Origin: Octopus vulgaris
Taxonomy: Eukaryota
Assembly: GCA_951406725.2 (NCBI GenBank)
Contig: OX597818.1
Span: 50,220,001 to 50,284,000, forward strand
Reading direction: 5' to 3'
Length of the DNA: 64,000 nt
Part shown: positions 53,311 to 64,000 of the stretch, piece by piece
Position numbering within the stretch: the first letter of the stretch is position 1
How the letters are laid out: each line of letters opens with the position of its first letter
Program-made: the position numbers and the translations under genes
The notes under the pieces: generated by a model
Told to the model about the DNA's origin: nothing
The model's database searches: none
What the model saw: only the letters and a program-made list of their open reading frames with translations

Positions 53311-53622
53311 TCTGTCTCTGCACTTCACCATACACACACACACATGTATATATATATATATATATAAATATATATATATACTACGCATGCATGTATATCT
53401 ATCTGTCGGTATGTATGTGTGAAATGGGTGTGAGTGTGTTTGGGTGTGTATATATATGTAGAGATGTGTGTGTGTGTGTGTATACACACATCCACACACA
53501 TGCATGTTTGTATGCATATATGTATCTGTATGTAACATATATGTATGAATGTATGTTATATCTATATATATATAAATACATGTGCATATATATGTAGAGC
53601 TATTTGTGTGTGTATAAATGTA

Positions 53623-53672
<50 letters not shown>

Positions 53673-55700
53673 TATGCATACAGACATGCACATATATATG
53701 TGTGTGTGTGTGTGTGTGTCTATGGATTTAAAAAAAAATATCTGATTCTCTCCTATTATTAAATCCTGACACATTTAGCCAACAAATATCCCACTGATGT
53801 CTCTGCTGGAAAAGCAAAACCAATTTGAAAGACTATGGAGAAGAAGAAAAAAAAAACCGAAACAACAAACAAAGAAAAAAATTAAAACAACTCAAAAAAA
53901 AACAAACAATTATAAAAACATAACAAAAATATATGAACTATTTATTTGAAAGGTTGTCAGCACCCCCCCTCACTTCCACATTGTGCAGTTGTTATTTTTA
54001 TTATTGTCGATAAGTTTGTTTTCTAAACACCATTTGTCATTTCTGGTGATGCTACTTTGATTGTTGCCCACACCTCTTTTCTCAATTTACTGACAATCTA
54101 CCTTAAGATTAGATGCAGTCCACCACACATACAACTTTTCAAATTCCCATTTTATATTGGACATTTTAACTAATTTGTTTTTGTATTTGATGCCTGAATG
54201 GCAGTTATTTAAATCTTACACACTATTTGACATACATGTATACTTACATGTATGAACTGGTTGTCAATTATAACATATGAAAGAAAATTTTCTGGAAAAA
54301 AAAAAACTCAAAAAAAAAACAAAACAAAAACGAACTGTTCATTGTCGAAATATTAAATTTTAAGTGTTGGACCCTGTATACTGTCAAAATATAGCAGCAT
54401 CACCTGGCATGATCTTGACTCAAGTTTATCAGAAGAGTTCCCTTATCCTTTGCCATTAGCTACTTTGAACTTTTATTCCACCTGCTGGCCAGGTGTTTTC
54501 AGTAGCTTACCTTGGGTGAAGACAGTCCGTGTACTAGTCTACTCTTTCTGTTTAACAATGAGTACACGCAAATATATATATATATACATCAAACAAGCAA
54601 GCCCATACATGCAAACACATTGTGGTTATGTTTCTGTGAGCAAACAATCTTGTTTCAGCCTTGGAATAAAATGAATATAAACAAATTAAGCCTTATGTTG
54701 AATTATCACTAATTTTACAAACTATTTAATAATTTTCCAGTCATGTTTGTCAATTTTGTATTTTTTTAATTCCAAAAGGTGTTGCCCACACAATGTTGTA
54801 GCATAATGGACAATTTTTTTTCTTCACTATGTTATTGTTCAAACATACGTTTAAATTAATGTAAGTAATGAACTTATTGCACATAGCTTTGTAAATAAAC
54901 ATCACCATTGATCTGAAACTTGGTAATTCAATAGTGTTTCTCTAATAACAAAGGACTGTTTTAGTATCTTCTAAATATACGATGGCATTAAGCAAATTGT
55001 CTTGTTTTAATTTTTTCTCTTGCTGTTTCCTACCAACCTGAACAACATCTGTGTGCTAAGTAAGACAAATATGAACTAGTATAAAATAGCAACAAATGTT
55101 TTACATTTTTTTAATGAATTATGGAAACAGTAATGTAACCAAACTATATATTTTTGTGTGGTACAAAATATCCAGTCTATAGAAATAGTTTTTTCGTGTA
55201 GTCTTTTCTCAGCTCTTGGATCTTTTAACCAAGTTACTATTGCAAGTAACTTCAGATATGTGGTTGTGTACACCTTAGCATATTGCTAATAAATGAAGCT
55301 GGCCTCATTGACTTACTGATGCCAAGGTTGTAAATGAAGTTTAGACATTCTCTAAGGAACTAATATTGAATTTAAAGAAAAGAAAAAAAAAATAGACAAG
55401 AAAAAATATTGCTTACAAAGACATTGACTTGAATTCCTTATGGTTAAATTTTTATTATATATTTGCAGTTTTTAATAATATATATAGCATTTAATTCTTG
55501 GTTTAAAGTAATATATTGTATTATACATGAATCAATTAAATATTTTACATTTCTTTAATAATTTTTATATAATTATCAATAATTACCAACAGATGTTCTT
55601 TAAATAAAAACTATTAGTAGGTCTAAAAACAATCTCATGCACTGTTTATAGTCGGATGATTACAAGAAAATAAAAAATTTAACAACTTTTGATTTGTTTC
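53311..55700 (+). other. Probable long HSPBP1 3' UTR
   Basis: SINE-free AT-rich stretch after the stop, with several AATAAA (e.g. 55603, 55669) followed by T/G-rich sequence; the end is uncertain. Confidence 0.5.
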
Positions 55701-56056
55701 AATATATGATTCATAAAGTAGTGTCTTATTACTTGCCTGTGTACTGAGAATTTCCTATCACCAATTAATGAAAATCAATAATCTTCTAATATTTTACATG
55801 CTTCTTATATTGTTACACATCAAACAGCTAATTATTTATTTTGAGTATAATATAATTCAGAAAGTGGAGTAAAAAAAAAAAAAGTGATTTTGATTATTTA
55901 TAAAGTGTTGATGTGAATAACATTAGTTAGCTTTCTGTTTTCAGAGTGTTTTCTACACTTTGGAATATTTTCTGGAATTGAAGTTTTGTCAGGTCTGTCT
56001 GCCCACTTGGATTTTTCAATAACAATGAATGATATATAGAACTCATTATCTTCTCG

Positions 56057-59000
56057 CTTATACTTCCAAGGTTTTCTCGTATATACACCTTTCTACCATC
56101 TGTCTTATACTTCTGAGGTTTTCTCGTATATACACCTTTCTACCATCTGTCTTATACTTCAGAGGTATTCTCGTATATACACCTTTCTAACATCTGTCTT
56201 ATACTTCTGAGGTTTTCTCGTATATACACCTTTCTACCATCTGTCTTATACTTCAGAGGTTTTCTCGTATATACACCTTTCTACCATCTGTCTTATACTT
56301 CAGAGGTATTCTCGTATATACACCTTTCTACCATCTGTCTTATACTTCAGAGGTTTTCTCGTATATACACCTTTCTACCATCTGTCTTATACTTCAGAGG
56401 TTTTCTCGTATATACACCTTTCTACCATCTGTCTTATACTTCAGAGGTTTTCTCGTATATACACCTTTCTACCATCTGTCTTATACTTCAGAGGTTTTCT
56501 CGTATATACACCTTTCTACCATCTGTCTTATACTTCAGAGGTTTTCTCGTATATACACCTTTCTACCATCTGTCTTATACTTCAGAGGTTTTCTCGTATA
56601 TACACCTTTCTACCATCTGTCTTATACTTCAGAGGTTTTCTCGTATATACACCTTTCTACCATCTGTCTTATACTTTCAGAGGTATTCTCGTATATACAC
56701 CTTTCTACCATCTGTCTTATACTTCAGAGGTTTTCTCGTATATACACCTTTCTACCATCCTATATCTGTTTTCTCGTATATACACCTTTCTACCATCTGT
56801 CTTATAGAGGTTTTCTCGTATATACACCTTTCTACCATCTGTCTTATACTTCAGAGGTTTTCTCGTATATACACCTTTCTACCATCTGTCTTATACTTCT
56901 GAGGTTTTCTCGTATATACACCTTTCTACCATCTGTCTTATACTTCAGAGGTTTTCTCGTATATACACCTTTCTACCATCTGTCTTATACTTCAGAGGTT
57001 TTCTCGTATATACACCTTTCTACCATCTGTCTTATACTTCTGAGGTTTTCTCGTATATACACCTTTCTACCATCTGTCTTATACTTCAGAGTTTCTCGTT
57101 TTCTCGTATATACACCTTTCTACCATCTGTCTTATACTTCAGAGGTTTTCTCGTATATACACCTTTCTACCATCTGTCTTATACTTCAGAGGTTTTCTCG
57201 TATATACACCTTTCTACCATCTGTCTTATACTTCAGAGGTTTTCCCGTATATACACCTTTCTACCATCTGTCTTATACTTCAGAGGTTTTCTCGTATATA
57301 CACCTTTCTACCATCTGTCTTATACTTCAGAGGTTTTCTCGTATATACACCTTTCTACCATCTGTCTTATACTTCAGAGGTTTTCTCGTATATACACCTT
57401 TCTACCATCTGTCTTATACTCTCAGAGGTTTTCTCGTATATACACCTTTCTACCATCTGTCTTATACTTCAGAGGTTTTCTCGTATATACACCTTTCTAC
57501 CATCTGTCTTATACTTCTGAGGTTTTCTCGTATATACACCTTTCTACCATCTGTCTTATACTTCAGAGGTTTTCTCGTATATACACCTTTCTACCATCTG
57601 TCTTATACTTCTGAGGTTTTCTCGTATATACACCTTTCTACCATCTGTCTTATACTTCAGAGGTTTTCTCGTATATACACCTTTCTACCATCTGTCTTAT
57701 ACTTCAGAGGTTTTCTCGTATATACACCTTTCTACCATCTGTCTTATACTTCAGAGGTTTTCTCGTATATACACCTTTCTACCATCTGTCTTATACTTCA
57801 GAGGTTTTCTCGTATATACACCTTTCTACCATCTGTCTTATACTTCTGAGGTTTTCTCGTATATACACCTTTCTACCATCTGTCTTATACTTCAGAGGTT
57901 TTCTCGTATATACACCTTTCTACCATCTGTCTTATACTTCTGAGGTTTTCTCGTATATACACCTTTCTACCATCTGTCTTATACTTCTGAGGTTTTCTCG
58001 TATATACACCTTTCTACCATCTGTCTTATACTTCTGAGGTTTTCTCGTATATACACCTTTCTACCATCTGTCTTATACTTCTGAGGTTTTCTCGTATATA
58101 CACCTTTCTACCATCTGTCTTATACTTCAGAGGTTTTCTCGTATATACACCTTTCTACCATCTGTCTTATACTTCAGAGGTTTTCTCGTATATACACCTT
58201 TCTACCATCTGTCTTATACTTCTGAGGTTTTCTCGTATATACACCTTTCTACCATCTGTCTTATACTTCTGAGGTTTTCTCGTATATACACCTTTCTACC
58301 ATCTGTCTTATACTTCTGAGGTTTTCTCGTATATACACCTTTCTACCATCTGTCTTATACTTCAGAGGTTTTCTCGTATATACACCTTTCTACCATCTGT
58401 CTTATACTTCAGAGGTTTTCTCGTATATACACCTTTCTACCATCTGTCTTATACTTCTGAGGTTTTCTCGTATATACACCTTTCTACCATCTGTCTTATA
58501 CTTCTGAGGTTTTCTCGTATATACACCTTTCTACCATCTCTCTTATACTTCTGAGGTTTTCTCGTATATACACCTTTCTACCATCTGTCTTATACTTCTG
58601 AGGTTTTCTCGTATATACACCTTTCTACCATCTGTCTTATACTTCTGAGGTTTTCTCGTATATACACCTTTCTACCATCTGTCTTATACTTCTGAGGTTT
58701 TCTCGTATATACACCTTTCTACCATCTTCTTATACTTCTGAGGTTTTCTCGTATATACACCTTTCTACCATCTCTCTTATACTTCTGAGGTTTTCTCGTA
58801 TATACACCTTTCTACCATCTGTCTTATACTTCTGAGGTTTTCTCGTATATACACCTTTCTACCATCTGTCTTATACTTCTGAGGTTTTCTCGTATATACA
58901 CCTTTCTACCATCTCTCTTATACTTCTGAGGTTTTCTCGTATATACACCTTTCTACCATCTCTCTTATACTTCTGAGGTTTTCTCGTATATACACCTTTC

Positions 59001-62000
59001 TACCATCTGTCTTATACTTCTGAGGTTTTCTCGTATATACACCTTTCTACCATCTGTCTTATACTTCAGAGGTTTTCTCGTATATACACCTTTCTACCAT
59101 CTGTCTTATACTTCTGAGGTTTTCTCGTATATACACCTTTCTACCATCTGTCTTATACTTCTGAGGTTTTCCGTATATACACCTTTCTACCATCTGTCTT
59201 ATACTTCTGAGGTATAACCTTTTCATCGTATATACACCTTTCTACCATCTGTCTTATACTTCTGAGGTTTTCTCGTATATACACCTTTCTACCATCTGTC
59301 TTATACTTCTGAGGTTTTCTTCTGTATATACACCTTTCTACCATCTGTCTTATACTAGGTTTCTGATATACACCTTTCTACCATCTGAGAGGTTTTCTCG
59401 TATATACACCTTTCTACCATCTGTCTTATACTTCTGAGGTTTTCTCGTATATACACCTTTCTACCATCTGTCTTATACTTCTGAGGTTTTCTCGTATATA
59501 CACCTTTCTACCATCTCTCTTATACTTCTGAGGTTTTCTCGTATATACACCTTTCTACCATCTGTCTTATACTTCAGAGGTATTCTCGTATATACACCTT
59601 TCTACCATCTGTCTTATACTTCAGAGGTTTTCTCGTATATACACCTTTCTACCATCTGTCTTATACTTCAGAGGTTTTCTCGTATATACACCTTTCTACC
59701 ATCTGTCTTATACTTCAGAGGTATTCTCGTATATACACCTTTCTACCATCTGTCTTATACTTCCGAGGTTTTCTCGTATATACACCTTTCTACCATCTGT
59801 CTTATACTTCAGAGGTATTCTCGTATATACACCTTTCTACCATCTGTCTTATACTTCAGAGGTTTTCTCGTATATACACCTTTCTACCATCTGTCTTATA
59901 CTTCAGAGGTTTTCTCGTATATACACCTTTCTACCATCTGTCTTATACTTCAGAGGTATTCTCGTATATACACCTTTCTACCATCTGTCTTATACTTCAG
60001 AGGTTTTCTCGTATATACACCTTTCTACCATCTGTCTTATACTTCAGAGGTTTTCTCGTATATACACCTTTCTACCATCTGTCCTATACTTCAGAGGTTT
60101 TCTCGTATATACACCTTTCTACCATCTGTCTTATACTTCAGAGGTTTTCCCGTATATACACCTTTCTACCATCTGTCTTATACTTCAGAGGTTTTCTCGT
60201 ATATACACCTTTCTACCATCTGTCTTATACTTCTGAGGTTTTCTCGTATATACACCTTTCTACCATCTGTCTTATACTTCAGAGGTTTTCTCGTATATAC
60301 ACCTTTCTACCATCTGTCTTATACTTCTGAGGTTTTCTCGTATATACACCTTTCTACCATCTCTCTTATACTTCTGAGGTTTTCTCGTATATACACCTTT
60401 CTACCATCTGTCTTATACTTCTGAGGTTTTCTCGTATATACACCTTTCTACCATCTGTCTTATACTTCTGAGGTTTTCTCGTATATACACCTTTCTACCA
60501 TCTGTCTTATACTTCTGAGGTTTTCTCGTCTATACACCTTTCTACCATCTCTCTTATACTTCTGAGGTTTTCTCGTATATACACCTTTCTACCATCTGTC
60601 TTATACTTCTGAGGTTTTCCCGTATATACACCTTTCTACCATCTGTCTTATACTTCAGAGGTTTTCTCGTATATACACCTTTCTACCATCTGTCTTATAC
60701 TTCTGAGGTTTTCTCGTATATACACCTTTCTACCATCTCTCTTATACTTCTGAGGTTTTCTCGTATATACACCTTTCTACCATCTGTCTTATACTTCTGA
60801 GGTTTTCTCGTATATACACCTTTCTACCATCTGTCTTATACTTCTGAGATTTTCTCGTATATACACCTTTCTACCATCTCTCTTATACTTCTGAGGTTTT
60901 CTCGTATATACACCTTTCTACCATCTATCTTATACTTCTGAGGTTTTCTCGTATATACACCTTTCTACCATCTGTCTTATACTTCAGAGGTTTTCTCGTA
61001 TATACACCTTTCTACCATCTGTCTTATACTTCTGAGGTTTTCTCGTATATACACCTTTCTACCATCTGTCTTATACTTCTGAGGTTTTCTCGTATATACA
61101 CCTTTCTACCATCTCTCTTATACTTCTGAGGTTTTCTCGTATATACACCTTTCTACCATCTGTCTTATACTTCTGGGGTTTTCTCGTATATACACCTTTC
61201 TACCATCTCTCTTATACTTCTGAGGTTTTCTCGTATATACACCTTTCTACCATCTGTCTTATACTTCTGAGGTTTTCCCGTATATACACCTTTCTACCAT
61301 CTCTCTTATACTTCTGAGGTTTTCTCGTATATACACCTTTCTACCATCTCTCTTATACTTCTGAGGTTTTCTCGTATATACACCTTTCTACCATCTGTCT
61401 TATACTTCAGAGGTTTTCTCGTATATACACCTTTCTACCATCTGTCTTATACTTCTGGGGTTTTCTCGTATATACACCTTTCTACCATCTTTCTTATACT
61501 TCAGATGTTTTCCCGTATATACACCTTTCTACCATCTGTCTTATACTTCAGAGGTTTTCTCGTATATACACCTTTCTACCATCTGTCTTATACTTCAGAG
61601 GTTTTCTCGTATATACACCTTTCTACCATCTCTCTTATACTTCAGAGGTTTTCTCGTATATACACCTTTCTACCATCTCTCTTATACTTCTGAGGTTTTC
61701 TCGTATATACACCTTTCTACCATCTCTCTTATACTTCTGGGGTTTTCTCGTATATACACCTTTCTACCATCTGTCTTATACTTCAGAGGTTTTCTCGTAT
61801 ATACACCTTTCTACCATCTGTCTTATACTTCAGAGGTTTTCTCGTATATACACCTTTCTACCATCTGTCTTATACTTCTGAGGTTTTCTCGTATATACAC
61901 CTTTCTACCATCTCTCTTATACTTCAGAGGTTTTCTCGTATATACACCTTTCTACCATCTCTCTTATACTTCTGAGGTTTTCTCGTATATACACCTTTCT

Positions 62001-62287
62001 ACCATCTGTCTTATACTTCAGAGGTTTTCTCGTATATACACCTTTCTACCATCTGTCTTATACTTCTGGGGTTTTCTCGTATATACACCTTTCTACCATC
62101 TGTCTTATACTTCAGATGTTTTCCCGTATATACACCTTTCTACCATCTGTCTTATACTTCAGAGGTTTTCTCGTATATACACCTTTCTACCATCTGTCTT
62201 ATACTTCAGAGGTTTTCCCGTATATACACCTTTCTACCACCTGTCTTATACTTCAGAGGTTTTCTCGTATATACACCTTTCTACCAT
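56057..62287. repeat. 47-bp tandem satellite, about 133 copies
   Basis: Unit CTTATACTTC(A/T)GAGGTTTTCTCGTATATACACCTTTCTACCATCT(G/C)T; period 47 (e.g. 56341 to 56388). Confidence 0.98.
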
Positions 62288-62717
62288 AAAAGGGAGTTCA
62301 CAAGTCTATCTAACATGTTTATTAATTTCCCATTTCTACCACTGCATTTGATGATTCTTGTTTCCTTGACCACATTAGACGAAGTAACTTCTTCAAAATT
62401 GCCCCAAGACCCATTTTAATCTGCAGCTAAAATTTCTTTTTATGTAATGACATGTTTTAGCGAATATGAACTAATGAGATAAACACTCTCTCTGTGTGAA
62501 ACCATATTCAAATGACATTTCAACAAGAATGCTTCCATTGACAGGCATAACATGCCTGGGCATGATTCCGTTTACAAGTTTATCATTTCTTTAAATTCTT
62601 TTCTTCCTTCTTCGTGTTTTGTCTTGTAAAAGAACAGATAATTCAGGTTATTGTTTTCCAGCAATTTCATTCATTTATAGAAATTTCCATTAGATTATTA
62701 CTTACAGTCTAACAGCC

Positions 62718-63589
62718 ATACCTCGGATGTTTCACTGTCCCTTCAAATCTATCTTCTGGGCACTTTTCAAAATACAGCCATGCTTTCATTTCTGGAAATA
62801 TTCCATCTTCCTTTGCTTCTACTGATACGACTTCCTTATTCCTCTATAGTTACGTGAGAAAATCCATCGACATGACTCTGTCTCCCAGAGCTATACCTCG
62901 GATGTTTCACTGTCCCTTCAAATCTATCTCTGGGCACTTTTCAAAATACAGCCATGCTTTCATTTCTGGAAATATTCCATCTTCCTTTGCTTCTACTGAT
63001 ACGACTTCCTTATTCCTCTATAGTTACGTGAGAAAATCCATCGACATGACTCTGTCTCCCAGAGCTATACCTCGGATGTTTCACTGTCCCTTCAAATCTA
63101 TCTTCTGGGCATTTTTCAAAATACAGCCATGCTTTCATTTCTGGAAATATTCCATCTTCCTTTGCTTCTACTGATACGACTTCCTTATTCCTCTACAGTT
63201 ACGTGAGAAAATCCATCGACATGACTCTGTCTCCCAGAGCTATACCTCGGATGTTTCACTGTCCCTTCAAATCTATCTTCTGGGCACTTTTCAAAATACA
63301 GCCATGCTTTCATTTCTGGAAATATTCCATCTTCCTTTGCTTCTACTGATACGACTTCCTTATTCCTCTATAGTTACGTGAGAAAATCCATCGACATGAC
63401 TCTGTCTCCCAGAGCTATACCTCGGATGTTTCACTGTCCCTTCAAATCTATCTTCTGGGCATTTTTCAAAATACAGCCATGCTTTCATTTCTGGAAATAT
63501 TCCATCTTCCTTTGCTTCTACTGATACGACTTCCTTATTCCTCTATAGTTACGTGAGAAAATCCATCGACATGACTCTGTCTCCCAGAG
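62718..63589. repeat. 175-bp tandem repeat, 5 near-identical copies
   Basis: CCTCGGATG recurs at 62721, 62896, 63070, 63245, 63420. Confidence 0.97.
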
Positions 63590-63796
63590 AAATTGATTTC
63601 ACTTCTCCCTCAATATATTTCATGATCCTGTAAAGTGGATTACATATAATATGTTTGCTACCTCATTAGGTATACTCATCCAATGTTAGTGTTTCACTTC
63701 AGTAGTTTCTTGATCTCTGCTGTTGATCACAAAGACTTTCAGTCTTATTGCTTCCTTGCCAAAGTAAACAGCCTGAACTTCTGCATAACTACATGA

Positions 63797-63845
<49 letters not shown>

Positions 63846-64000
63846 TTGTGCAAGGTCCACGTGACATATTGCATGGTTTCTGCATAAATACTTCATTCAG
63901 ATTCCTTCACTGTACATACTGAACTTACTCATTCACTTTTTCCTTGAACTTAGTCCCTATTTTCTCTCTAATCAGTCTGAATTCTTCCATTATATTAATT

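Larger units (their letters stand above)
55925..63875 (-). pseudogene. Candidate decayed intronless protein-kinase-like gene, split by the two tandem arrays
   Basis: Collinear minus-strand fragments resembling kinase subdomains: SYAEV..AIRLKVF (I-II), NEVANILYVIH/IMKY (III-IV), WLYFEKCPED (V), CHLNMVSHRE (VI), VLG(Q/N)F (VII), GKLINML..CELPF (IX), SLLLKNPSG...QKIF (XI); many stops and frameshifts. Confidence 0.4.

Noticed and set aside
56057-62287. Regular repeat array as a CRISPR-like locus
   Set aside because: Units are directly adjacent with no unique spacers, there are no cas genes, and the context is eukaryotic; it is a satellite.
62854-63174. Plus-strand 106-aa repeat ORF
   Set aside because: Chance antisense frame of the 175-bp repeat, kept open by a 1-nt deletion in one copy.
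62722-63545. 175-bp repeats as tandemly duplicated 122-nt exons (minus strand, CTATAG acceptor and GAG|GTAT donor)
   Set aside because: Implied introns of ~53 nt are very short, 122 nt is frame-shifting, and protein-like sequence continues across the supposed splice sites; a decayed intronless ORF fits better, though RNA-seq could revisit this.

Overview
Eukaryotic, AT-rich, repeat-dense animal genomic DNA. The SINE repertoire and microsatellite load point to an octopus (coleoid cephalopod); this is inferred from my recall of repeat families, not from a search. The one intact gene is a 6-exon, + strand HSPBP1/Fes1 (Hsp70 nucleotide-exchange factor). It runs from ATG 22290 to TAA 53310, splices to 990 nt (329 aa), and has GT-AG introns with matching phases. 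A five-unit heat-shock element lies ~0.9 kb upstream. The rest is mostly tRNA-derived SINEs, decayed LINEs (RTE, HERO, CR1/L2), non-autonomous Helitrons and a Helentron, hAT and piggyBac MITEs, two dead hAT transposases, Penelope-type hammerhead-like motifs and microsatellites. Most ORF-track entries are microsatellite or SINE artefacts. The most unusual region is 55.9-63.9 kb. A 6.2 kb array of 47-bp units and a 5-copy array of 175-bp units both sit inside what reads, once collapsed, as a decayed intronless protein-kinase-like gene on the minus strand. Other observations are a twin-primed 5'-inverted RTE LINE, inverted SINE pairs bracketing HSPBP1 exons, and a perfect 52-bp intronic hairpin. 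No CRISPR, rRNA or prokaryotic-type system is present, and I cannot show a wholly new functional system from the sequence alone.
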